From: Candidatus Dadabacteria bacterium
Lineage (GTDB): Bacteria > Desulfobacterota_D > UBA1144 > Nemesobacterales > Nemesobacteraceae
Length of the DNA: 64,000 nucleotides
Assembly: GCA_009837205.1 (NCBI GenBank)
Contig: VXTZ01000022.1
Span: 70,560 to 134,559, forward strand
Direction of reading: 5' to 3'
Shown: one piece after another, positions 50,479-59,228 of the stretch
Layout: each line of letters starts with the position of its first letter
Position numbering within the stretch: the first letter of the stretch is position 1
The notes under the pieces: generated by a model
Told to the model about the DNA's origin: nothing
The model's database searches: none
The model's input: the letters and a program-made list of their open reading frames with translations, nothing else
Translations under genes and position numbers: made by a program

Positions 50479-51624
50479 CTACTGCTTGAGGAAGCTTTCT
50501 AGGTCTTTTCTCACGCCGGAACTTGCGAGTTTCCCGAGGGCGGCTTTTTCTATTTGTCTTATCCTTTCCCTGGTCAGATTGAATCTCTTGCCGATCTCAT
50601 CGAGAGTGTAGGTGCTCTGGCGTCCTATGCCGAAGCGAAGCCTGATGATCTCCTCTTCTCTTTGATTCAGAAGGGTAAGAGCTTCCTTCAGTTTTTCCGC
50701 AAGGGACATCTTCGCTATTATCGTGTCGGGGATTTTAGCTTCCTTATCCGCGACCGAATCAAGAAGCGTGGTCTTCTCCCCGTCGAGAACCGGCGTGTCG
50801 AGGCTTATGGCGTCGTTTGTGGAATTGAGAATCCTGTTTATAACCTCTGCTGAGATTCCCGAAGCCTCGGCTATTTCCTTGGGCGTCGGCTTTCTTCCCA
50901 TTTCCTTGCTAAGCTTTGCACTCGTCTTGTAAACCCTGTTTGCCTGCTCAAGCAAGTAGACAGGGACCTTTATGGTCCTGGTCTGTCCCTGCAGGGCCCT
51001 GAGTATGGCCTGGTGTATCCACCATGAGGCGTAGGTGGAGAACTTGTAGCCTTTTGTGTAATCAAATCTTTCGACCGCGCGCATTAGACCTAGGTTTCCT
51101 TCCTGGATGAGATCCGGAAGCGGCAGGCCTCTGCTCATGTACCTTCTCGAAATCGTTATTACGAGTCTCAGGTTGGCCTTTACGAACTTCTGCTTGAGTT
51201 TGAGTGCCCAGTCGACGTAAATTCTCTCCATAGCGCGCAGGACCGCTATTCTGTGTGCTATCGCACGCGCCTTGGCCGAGTTTTTTCTTGTGCGGATTTT
51301 CTCGTATTTTTCAATGCTCTTGGGAACCTTGGCCATCCTGATTTCGCACATCTTGATTCTCGCGGATATCTCGACTTCCTGTTTCGCGGCGAAAAGAGGC
51401 TCAACGGCCATGTCCTTAAAGTAGACGTAAAGAAGCCGGAGCTGTTCATCGGGGATCCATTTGTCCTTCTCTTTGTCCTTCCCCCTGGGTTTCAGTTCCT
51501 CTTCGTCCGAGCTGTCAAAACTCTCTTCGGTTTCGTTTTCCTCGATGTCGTCGTCAACATCATAGGATTCAAACCCAGAGTCGTGTTCCGCATTATCCTG
51601 AAAATCCTTGTATTTAATGTCCAC
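50479..51624 (-). CDS. Sigma-70 family RNA polymerase sigma factor (RpoD/SigA-like)
   Basis: Acidic N-terminus and regions 2-4 (DLIQEGNLGLMRAVERFD..., TLDEIGKRFNLTRERIRQIE). Confidence 0.85.
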   Translation of the reverse strand: MDIKYKDFQDNAEHDSGFESYDVDDDIEENETEESFDSSDEEELKPRGKDKEKDKWIPDEQLRLLYVYFKDMAVEPLFAAKQEVEISARIKMCEIRMAKVPKSIEKYEKIRTRKNSAKARAIAHRIAVLRAMERIYVDWALKLKQKFVKANLRLVITISRRYMSRGLPLPDLIQEGNLGLMRAVERFDYTKGYKFSTYASWWIHQAILRALQGQTRTIKVPVYLLEQANRVYKTSAKLSKEMGRKPTPKEIAEASGISAEVINRILNSTNDAISLDTPVLDGEKTTLLDSVADKEAKIPDTIIAKMSLAEKLKEALTLLNQREEEIIRLRFGIGRQSTYTLDEIGKRFNLTRERIRQIEKAALGKLASSGVRKDLESFLKQ

Positions 51625-51789
51625 CTTACTCTCTCACCAATTCCCTGATTGAAAAACGGAGGTAACAAAAAAGGTTTTCAAAGCCCGAGCGGGCAATGAA
51701 AATTAGCACCTTCCATCCCTATTAGGGAATTATAAGATTTTTCGTGCTAAAATGTAAGCGTTTTTTTTCCAAGTACGGTTTCGCGGGAA

Positions 51790-52401
51790 TTACTTCGCCT
51801 CGGCGAAGTTCTCCGAAACCTGTTCCCAGTTCACCACATTCCACCACGCCTTCACGTAGTCGGGCCTTCTGTTCTGGTAGTTCAGATAATATGCATGCTC
51901 CCAGACGTCGAGGCCCAGAATGGGTTTCAGTCCCTCGGAAACCGGGTTATCCTGGTTTGGGGTGGATGTTACCACGAGCCCTCCGCCCTCGTCCACGCAA
52001 AGCCACGCCCAGCCGCTTCCGAATCTGGTGGCGGCTGCTTTGGAGAATGTCTCGGCGAAAGCGTCGAAGCTTCCGAACGCGGAATCTATGGCATCGGCAA
52101 GCTCACCCGAAGGCGTTCCTCCGGAACCGGGAGCCATGCACGGCCAGAAAAGGCTGTGATTCGCGTGCCCTCCGCCGTTGTTTCTTACCGCGGTTCTTAT
52201 GTCTTCGGGAACGGAGTCAAGATCGCCGAGCAGTTCCTCAAGCGATTTGTCCGCCAACTCCGGATGTTTCTCCAGCGCTGCGTTTAAGTTGTTTACGTAC
52301 CCTTGATGATGCTTTGAGTGATGTATTCTCATTGTTTCCGCGTCTATATGCGGTTCCAAAGCGTCATGATCATAAGGAAGATCAGGTAATTCGTGCGCCA
52401 T
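51790..52401 (-). CDS. Fe/Mn superoxide dismutase
   Basis: HHSKHH, and a DVWEHAYY metal-ligand motif. Confidence 0.9.
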   Translation of the reverse strand: MAHELPDLPYDHDALEPHIDAETMRIHHSKHHQGYVNNLNAALEKHPELADKSLEELLGDLDSVPEDIRTAVRNNGGGHANHSLFWPCMAPGSGGTPSGELADAIDSAFGSFDAFAETFSKAAATRFGSGWAWLCVDEGGGLVVTSTPNQDNPVSEGLKPILGLDVWEHAYYLNYQNRRPDYVKAWWNVVNWEQVSENFAEAK

Positions 52402-53041
52402 TTTCCTCTCCTTTTAATCTCTCGAAATAAAAAGCCGAATTTGGGATTATATATACAACTGCGGACAGTTGCAAGTAGATTATACCAGAATGTCAGGGGA
52501 ATCCTATGCTTGTTAGCGAATTCCGAAGCATACCAAGCCGGGGAGTCCACAGACCCTGGACACGGGCAGTTTCTACCGAAAGGCTGCTCTTTTTGCCTGT
52601 TTCGTCAGTACGTGCGACCCTCACGACAACCTCCCGCGCATTGAACTGCGGAAACCCAGCCTTTGAGGCTGACAGTACGAAACCCATGTCTACTGTTTAT
52701 ACCAGCTTCGGAGGGAAAAAGTCAGCGATTCTTTTTAACTTCCTGTGAATTTACGATTAAATCACTGACCAAGCATAGCGTGGAATCGCCCTGACCAGAA
52801 GGGTACTGGAAGTAAATTGAATTAACCGCCGTTTTGCAATGAATATAGATACGTTTCCATTCAGCCTGACTCAGACTCTCCCAGCAACCCTGCACTTGTC
52901 TCTATGTACGTAAAAATGGTGGCAACATGTCTTCGACCGTAAGCCAAGAAGCGGTCGAAAAGATGGAACAGATAAAATGGGACCGCCGGAATTAACCGTC
53001 TTTCTTACGGAATCAGAGAGACTCTAGCCGGAAAATTCGCT

Positions 53042-54286
53042 TTACTTCTTTGACCGGTCTCTCCACCAAAACGCAATACAGATTGAGAACACTACCAAAA
53101 ACAGGTTAAAAACAGCACTCCAAGGCTTGCTGTCCGTCCCCGCAATGGCGCATCCGTCATCACCATCACTATCCATGTCGCCAGCGCCATCCGGCTCGAA
53201 CGGTTCATAAGTTCCGGAACCAAAAATGAAAACTGTTCGCGGCCGGTGGTCGAATGTCACCGCTTCAACATAACTGGTCTTAAGCGATCTTCCGGGTGAT
53301 CTCCCCTCCATATCAACATCGTCTTCCTCTATAGTCGGATTGTCCCATTTATACTTGACAAAACCCGACTCCCCGTGCTCTCCCGCAACTTTAAGAATCT
53401 CGGCACCGATGTCAACTTCATCCTCGTCAAGGATATTCTCAAAAGGACTCCCCGTAAACTCCGGATTGTTTCCGTTAAGGATCACAAAAGGAGCTCTATT
53501 CCCTATTTTAGCCATGATAAAGAGGTATATGGAGCCTTCCTTCCAATGTCCTCTTCCCAGACATGACGCCTTATTAAGGGCATCTTGGAGCCCCTGCGTA
53601 CCTTGTGGTGTCTGCTCTAGCTTTAGCAAACCATCAATTCTCTTGATCGCCTCCTTTACAAAGTCCCTCAAGTCTTCGTCTGCTCCACTCTCGTTTACCT
53701 GTTGGGCCGTTACAGCAGGTTCATAATCTGGACAGTCAGGGGGTGTTATAGCCGGGTCGTCCTTTGCATGATTAAAACCACCGATTAAGATGCCCTTTAA
53801 CTCTCGGTTGATAGAGTCATATTGAACTGCGCAACTCCACCTATCCATATCTCCGTACTGGACACAAGCTGCTTCCCCCGGAGCGACTTGTTCAAGCTTG
53901 GCAAGGAGCTCTCGTACAGTCTCAAGACCGGCTATGGAGTTTCCAAACAAGTCTTTGGTATAGATTCCATGATTTATTATGGTTCCACCACTTTTGCTAA
54001 TTGTAATCAGGTATACAGAATCACTGTTCCATGTTTCCTGCGTTCTCATTTGCCTGTTGAAAGCCGAAAGCTCGGCACGTCCTCCCGCAACGGCCTCATC
54101 CATGTGCCGTTTTGCGTGCAATACAAAGCTTTTCATTGTAGGTTCATCGCTAGCAGAAGCCGCCTCGCTAGCCGTTGTTTGAGGATCGTCATGGGATCCA
54201 TCGGCAAAAGCGGAAATGCCCGGGAAAAAAGTTATCATAGCAAACATCACGCCTAATGTGATTACAAAACCTCGAAAGCTCTTCAT
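53042..54286 (-). CDS. Secreted protein with two Cache/PAS-like periplasmic repeats and a C-terminal tripartite sorting signal
   Basis: Signal peptide; two repeated modules (SVYLITISKSGGTIINHG and GSIYLFIMAKIGNRAPFVILNG); C-terminus is DGCAIAG followed by a TM helix and RDRSKK. Confidence 0.5.
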   Translation of the reverse strand: MKSFRGFVITLGVMFAMITFFPGISAFADGSHDDPQTTASEAASASDEPTMKSFVLHAKRHMDEAVAGGRAELSAFNRQMRTQETWNSDSVYLITISKSGGTIINHGIYTKDLFGNSIAGLETVRELLAKLEQVAPGEAACVQYGDMDRWSCAVQYDSINRELKGILIGGFNHAKDDPAITPPDCPDYEPAVTAQQVNESGADEDLRDFVKEAIKRIDGLLKLEQTPQGTQGLQDALNKASCLGRGHWKEGSIYLFIMAKIGNRAPFVILNGNNPEFTGSPFENILDEDEVDIGAEILKVAGEHGESGFVKYKWDNPTIEEDDVDMEGRSPGRSLKTSYVEAVTFDHRPRTVFIFGSGTYEPFEPDGAGDMDSDGDDGCAIAGTDSKPWSAVFNLFLVVFSICIAFWWRDRSKK

Positions 54287-54380
54287 AATACCCCCTCCTG
54301 AATTACAATTCTGAAATAGGTTGCACCTTTATAAAAACAATTGAGGCTGTAAAAGAACGGAATGTTTAACTTAAGGGCTT

Positions 54381-55109
54381 TTAAATCTTGTAATTCGTAA
54401 TTTTTTTCTCATCAAAAAGCCCTAGAAACCTCGTTATATCCAGCTTGATTTGTACATCGTTCCCGGGATGTTTTGGATCCGTCTTTGCCAGCTTAACCCG
54501 TTGTCCGTTTCCGCCCTTCCTCTGAAACACGATACAACCGCCTATCATGATATTTCCGCCTCGGCTTGTAAACTGGATGTCCGAGCCTATCAGCTTGAGA
54601 ACATCCTTCATTTTCCATATCCGCATGACGCTCTCACACGCATCATAAAGCACAAGGATTTCTCTTGAGGGGTTAGCGGAGAAAGCATTAGAAACTATCC
54701 GCTTTGCCCGCACTTCAAAAATCTGTTTCCATCTCTGTCTTGTCTCTTGAGGAAACAAAAGCGATTTTGTGTTGGCGCTCTTGGACAATACCAAGTCCTT
54801 AAGTTCGCTTCTCTCCGCTTGCGACAGGTCAAACCTCTCGGCAAAGGTATCAATAGGCATTCGAGTTACCTGATTGTATCCCTTGCCCTTGTAAGCCTTC
54901 ACATTGGCGTCCATAGTCCGGTCTCCGGCAAAGCTCATTTTCACATCGCACTTTGCCGTTTCTCCGCCTGTCTGCATTGATATCAGATACCTTCCCTCAA
55001 TGCCGAAAGCGTCTTGTATAGTCTTAATCACGCGGGGATGGTCGCCTACACTGTTCTTGAACAGTATCTCCACATTGCTTCCCCTGTATGCGTTTCTGTT
55101 CCCTCTCAT
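54381..55109 (-). CDS. Putative type II restriction endonuclease (passenger; inferred from context)
   Basis: 242-aa protein whose start overlaps the MTase stop (ATGA) and whose stop abuts the left IR; no motif assigned. Confidence 0.35.
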   Translation of the reverse strand: MRGNRNAYRGSNVEILFKNSVGDHPRVIKTIQDAFGIEGRYLISMQTGGETAKCDVKMSFAGDRTMDANVKAYKGKGYNQVTRMPIDTFAERFDLSQAERSELKDLVLSKSANTKSLLFPQETRQRWKQIFEVRAKRIVSNAFSANPSREILVLYDACESVMRIWKMKDVLKLIGSDIQFTSRGGNIMIGGCIVFQRKGGNGQRVKLAKTDPKHPGNDVQIKLDITRFLGLFDEKKITNYKI

Positions 55110-56029
55110 ATCACTATGCTATCATAAGCCCTTGTTACCATGTCGGGAATAACGGCGTTGCCAAGTTGCCTGTAGCCTCTCGCTCCAACATCGGTAACAT
55201 GATTAACATCAAAACCCATAAGCCTCTTACACTCGGAAATAGACAACCGCCTTACCACGCCGTCAACCAGATATAAGCCTGTTCTAGACCCTACGCCGCC
55301 ACTATCCGCCGCAAGCGTAATGGCGTGTCCGTTAGGATGGTATATTCTCTCACCTTGCCCACCCTTGTTAAGATGTCCTATTCTGATCGGCTTGTGTGCA
55401 GGTTCGGGTTCACCATCTTTTTCAATCGTGATGTCATCCCTTCGGATTATCAAACGCTCATCCACAAAATCATCAAGCACATCCTTTAGAAATATATCTT
55501 TGCGGTCGGGTTTCGGTTCTTTATACCGCAACCCAGTACCTTTTCTCACACAAGCGAAATAGACCCTTTCTCTTTTCTGGGGAATGCCGTAATCGCTTGC
55601 GTCAAGTAGGGAATAGTGAACGGAATAACCCGCCTCGTCCAGCCTTGCTTCAATCGTTTTCATTACATCTCCGCCGTCCACTGTAAGGATGTTTCGTACA
55701 TTCTCAAGCAGAAGCACTAACGGCTTGTGATATTCCACTACACGCAAGATTTCATAAAAGAGCCTCCCCCTGCGGTCATCCATACCGCCTTTTTTTCCGG
55801 CTATGCTGAAACTCTGACAGGGGAAACCGGCACAGAGAATATCATGCTTAGGTATCTCCCGGGCATTGATTTCACAAATATCGCCCCTGGGATTGTCATT
55901 GAAATTTCTTTGGTAAACCATCCGAGCGTGTTCGTCTATCTCTGAAGAAAAAACACACTTCATTCCCAGCCTTTCCATTGACACCCGGAAACCGCCTATG
56001 CCCGCAAACAGGTCTATGAAGTTATACAC
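55106..56029 (-). CDS. DNA (cytosine-5)-methyltransferase
   Basis: Motif I FIDLFAGIGGF, motif IV GFPCQ, ENV, QKRERV; proposed GTG start at 56029 lies only 7 bp from the transposase stop, so the track ORF is over-extended. Confidence 0.85.
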   Translation of the reverse strand: MYNFIDLFAGIGGFRVSMERLGMKCVFSSEIDEHARMVYQRNFNDNPRGDICEINAREIPKHDILCAGFPCQSFSIAGKKGGMDDRRGRLFYEILRVVEYHKPLVLLLENVRNILTVDGGDVMKTIEARLDEAGYSVHYSLLDASDYGIPQKRERVYFACVRKGTGLRYKEPKPDRKDIFLKDVLDDFVDERLIIRRDDITIEKDGEPEPAHKPIRIGHLNKGGQGERIYHPNGHAITLAADSGGVGSRTGLYLVDGVVRRLSISECKRLMGFDVNHVTDVGARGYRQLGNAVIPDMVTRAYDSIVI

Positions 56030-56954
56030 GCCCCGCCACCGCTCCGAGCATCGCATCAAAAACAACTTCCGGCTTTTCTTCTCGGGCATTGTACTTAAAC
56101 ACCGATTCCGCAATGTAGAGGGGAAGATACTTGACTGTGTAGTTATGGTGCGTTCCATACCAAGCCCGCTTTACAAGAGACCAGTAGCCTTCCACGCTGT
56201 TAGTGTGAACAGTCTTGTTTTTCACATATTCCTTAGCCGAGTGATTAACCCTCTTGTGCGGGGCAAGAGCTCCGATCCTGTTATAGATCGGGTATTCGTC
56301 AGTGTGTATTTCACTGTCTCCGAGCTTTACATTCTCAAGTATCATGTTTCTTACGAAACCTTGCCTGTATTGCCCTTTGGCAACCGGCTTGGCTATCACC
56401 CTGCCTTTCCGTTCAACCATGCCTACAACCATCGCCTTGTCCGTCCCTCTGCCCCTCTTGCGGATGTTTTCGGGGCCTTGATGACGGGGTTTTCCGCCGA
56501 TATAGGTTTCGTCTATTTCTACGATTCCCTGAAGTATCGGAGAACGCATACCGAGTAAGCCTTTTCTTATCCTTTGTGAGAGCCTGTAAGCCGAAGGAAC
56601 GCTTATTCCAAGATGTCGTGATAACTGACGGCTTGAGATTGATTTCTTTGCTTCGGCAAGCAGGGATATTGCCAAAAACCATTTCCAAAGCGGAATTTTG
56701 GTTTTGTGCATTATTGTGTTTACGGTCGGAGAGAAGGAATTACCGCAATCGTAGCAAGCAAGCCTTCTGCGTCTCCCTTTTTCCTTTGCCTTTATGCCCG
56801 TCTTGATGCTTCCGCAGTAGGGGCAGGCAGGTTCCTTGTCCCAGCGGAGCTTGCATAGGTAGTCCGTGCAGGCATCATCGTTATTGGCAAAGTGTTCTAT
56901 AACCTTTATACTGTTTACTGTGTTTAACCTCCTAAGATGGTATAAGAATAACAC
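56022..56954 (-). CDS. IS1595-family transposase (N-terminal zinc ribbon plus DDE domain)
   Basis: CPYCGS...CYDCG zinc ribbon, then the DDE_Tnp_IS1595 region (IVEIDETYIGGK...). Confidence 0.8.
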   Translation of the reverse strand: MLFLYHLRRLNTVNSIKVIEHFANNDDACTDYLCKLRWDKEPACPYCGSIKTGIKAKEKGRRRRLACYDCGNSFSPTVNTIMHKTKIPLWKWFLAISLLAEAKKSISSRQLSRHLGISVPSAYRLSQRIRKGLLGMRSPILQGIVEIDETYIGGKPRHQGPENIRKRGRGTDKAMVVGMVERKGRVIAKPVAKGQYRQGFVRNMILENVKLGDSEIHTDEYPIYNRIGALAPHKRVNHSAKEYVKNKTVHTNSVEGYWSLVKRAWYGTHHNYTVKYLPLYIAESVFKYNAREEKPEVVFDAMLGAVAGRV

Positions 56955-57214
56955 AGTTTCAGTAAAATGTCAAGCCCTTAAGTTAAACATTCCGTAAAAG
57001 AATAATCTGGAATCTCTTTGGGCAAGTCCAGCGAAACCAGTTCTCGCATTCCCCCACTGCCTTCTTGGGTCTGGAAGCTTCGCCGGATAATGCAAAACCC
57101 CAAAATATCTTCACAGTCTTATATAATTTACTCTCTGCAGTAGATTATGCCAAAAATTGTCCCCCGTTTTTACATATAGTTACGATAAAGTAAATTTAAA
57201 CTCCTGAGGTTTCC

Positions 57215-57952
57215 ATGTCGGAAAACATAATCGAAATGACGGACGTGTGTAAGTCCTTTGACGGAAAGGTTGTTCACAGGGGAATAAATCTTTCCGTAAG
57301 AAGCGGAGAGATCATTACCGTCTTGGGGGAGAGTGGAGTCGGGAAAAGCGTTTTGCTAAAGGAGATAAACGGTCTCGTTAAACCCGACAGCGGAAAGGTC
57401 GTGGTTCTGGGAGAGGATACTGTGCAGATGGACGAGAAGCAGCTTGTGAAAATAAGAAAGGAAACGGGTATGCTGTTTCAGGGTTCCGCCCTTTTTGACT
57501 CGCTTAGCGTGGAGGAGAATATAGCTTATCCCCTGATTGAAAACTCGGATCTTCCCCCTGAGGAGATAAAAGAAGCAGTTGCCCGAAACCTCGAACTGGT
57601 CGATCTTCCGGGAATCGAAGACAAGTACCCCGGGGAACTGAGCGGAGGGATGAAAAAAAGAGTGGCTCTTGCAAGAGCAATCGCCACCCGTCCGAAGATT
57701 CTTCTCTACGACGAGCCCACGACCGGTCTTGATCCTCCCAATATAAAAAGGATTGCCAAGCTGATAAAGAGCATGAGAGACCGGCTCAGGATAACCGGGG
57801 TCGTCATTACCCACGACATAGGCACCGCCTACGAGGTTTCTGACAGGATAGCGTTTCTTTACGAGGGAGAAATTGTGTTCACGGGAACTGTGCCCGAGGC
57901 CCGCGAGAGCAACATTTCCACATTCAGGAATTTTCTCGATAGCAAGATGTAG
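57215..57952 (+). CDS. MlaF/MkL-like ABC transporter ATP-binding protein
   Basis: Walker A GESGVGKS, LSGGMKKRVALARA signature and the MlaF-like C-terminal extension. Confidence 0.8.
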   Translation: MSENIIEMTDVCKSFDGKVVHRGINLSVRSGEIITVLGESGVGKSVLLKEINGLVKPDSGKVVVLGEDTVQMDEKQLVKIRKETGMLFQGSALFDSLSVEENIAYPLIENSDLPPEEIKEAVARNLELVDLPGIEDKYPGELSGGMKKRVALARAIATRPKILLYDEPTTGLDPPNIKRIAKLIKSMRDRLRITGVVITHDIGTAYEVSDRIAFLYEGEIVFTGTVPEARESNISTFRNFLDSKM

Positions 57953-58032
57953 AGGCATTAAAACCTGATTTTTGTCGGAGAATCTGCACCAACTCTTGAG
58001 TTGCAAGAGCGGAAAGGAGCTTTTCCAAAGAA

Positions 58033-58521
58033 TTATGGTTTCGGTGGATCCGGGCTTAGGCACGCTGAAGCCATGGCTGCTATACCTTCTTTTCTTCCTG
58101 TAAAACCCAGGCCTTCGGCTGAAGTTCCCTTTACGTTTACGGCGTCGCTCGAAATTCCTAGGGCATCGGCGATTTTCTCCTCCATAGCGGATGAGTGAGG
58201 AGAAATTCTTGGCTCCTCGCACACCACCGTGCAATCAATATTTTCTATACGGTAGCCCTTGCCTGCCATCATCCGGGCGACCCGGGAGAGAATTGAGAGG
58301 CTTGAAGCATCCTTGTATTTTGGGTCGTTCGGCGGAAAGTGTTTTCCCAGGTCTCCCTCGCCGATAGCTCCCAAAATAGCGTCGGCAACCGCGTGGGAAA
58401 GCACGTCAGCGTCGGAATGACCGGCAAGCCCCCGGTAGCCCTGAATCTCAACGCCGCCCAGTATGAGCGCTCTTTCCTCGCAAAACGCGTGCGCGTCAAA
58501 CCCCGTTCCTATTCTGTACAT
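58033..58521 (-). CDS. ispF: 2-C-methyl-D-erythritol 2,4-cyclodiphosphate synthase
   Basis: FDAHAF, SDADVLSHA and GHSDAD motifs. Confidence 0.9.
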   Translation of the reverse strand: MYRIGTGFDAHAFCEERALILGGVEIQGYRGLAGHSDADVLSHAVADAILGAIGEGDLGKHFPPNDPKYKDASSLSILSRVARMMAGKGYRIENIDCTVVCEEPRISPHSSAMEEKIADALGISSDAVNVKGTSAEGLGFTGRKEGIAAMASACLSPDPPKP

Positions 58522-59224
58522 TGACCACTTCTCCTTTGCTTACGATAAGCTGAGCTATTTTGAAGTCGGCTGCGGTTGTGATTTTTATGTTAAGGTCGTC
58601 TCCCGCTACCACGCTTACCCTTATTCCCTTCGCTTCGGCAAGCGCCGATTCGTCGGTCGCGTCAAGATCCGCGATGCCGTCTGAGCAATAGATTTCCGCG
58701 AGTATCTCCCGGCGAAAAGCCTGCGGAGTCTGGGCTCTCCAGAGTTTCTCCCTTGGAACCGTTTCCGAAATAAACGGTCCGGGCTCATGTGCCCGCTTCA
58801 ACGTGTCCGTAACGGGAACGGCGCATATGCAAGCGCCTGTGCGGGCGCATCCCTCTATGACTCTTTTGATCGTGTCGTTATCAACGAAAGGTCTCGCAGC
58901 ATCGTGAATTAGCACCATGTCACTGTCCGGTGGTGTGGCGCGAAAACCGTTTCTTACGGATACATGCCTTTTTTCGCCCCCGGCGACTATCGAGGTGATT
59001 TTTTCAAACCCGAAGCTCTCGAGCAGTTCCCTTGAGCGCGAAATTTCGTCCTCGGGCACTACGACCACTACGCTTGTTATGAGTCCGCTCGACTCGAAAG
59101 TCGAAAGGCAGTAGGTAAAAAGAGGTTTTCCGCCGAGTGCGGCGAACTGCTTTTTCCCATGAGTGGAGAATCTTTTAGAAAGACCGGCGGCCGCCACTAC
59201 GGCTGAGACTTTTGGGGTACTCAC
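58496..59224 (-). CDS. ispD: 2-C-methyl-D-erythritol 4-phosphate cytidylyltransferase
   Basis: AVVAAAGLSKRF, and the 3' overlap with ispF. Confidence 0.9.
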   Translation of the reverse strand: MSTPKVSAVVAAAGLSKRFSTHGKKQFAALGGKPLFTYCLSTFESSGLITSVVVVVPEDEISRSRELLESFGFEKITSIVAGGEKRHVSVRNGFRATPPDSDMVLIHDAARPFVDNDTIKRVIEGCARTGACICAVPVTDTLKRAHEPGPFISETVPREKLWRAQTPQAFRREILAEIYCSDGIADLDATDESALAEAKGIRVSVVAGDDLNIKITTAADFKIAQLIVSKGEVVNVQNRNGV

Positions 59225-59228
59225 AGGG

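Larger units (their letters stand above)
54357..56995 (-). mobile_element. IS1595-family transposon (2639 bp) with passenger R-M genes
   Basis: Perfect 24-bp terminal inverted repeats (ACGGAATGTTTAACTTAAGGGCTT at 54357-54380, reverse complement at 56972-56995), flanked by a direct AAAAGA repeat (54351-54356 and 56996-57001). Confidence 0.75.

Noticed and set aside
52755-52800. tmRNA-like segment (ACTGACCAAGCATAGCG resembling GACUAAGCAUGUAG of the tmRNA 3' domain)
   Set aside because: No tRNA-like T-arm or CCA end, no tag-peptide reading frame ending in ...AA-stop, and no 5' GGGG acceptor on either strand nearby; likely chance similarity.
55990-56021. Separate left inverted repeat for a stand-alone IS (transposase only)
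   Set aside because: No sequence here matches the right-end IR; the only IR partner is at 54357-54380, so the mobile unit includes the two passenger genes.
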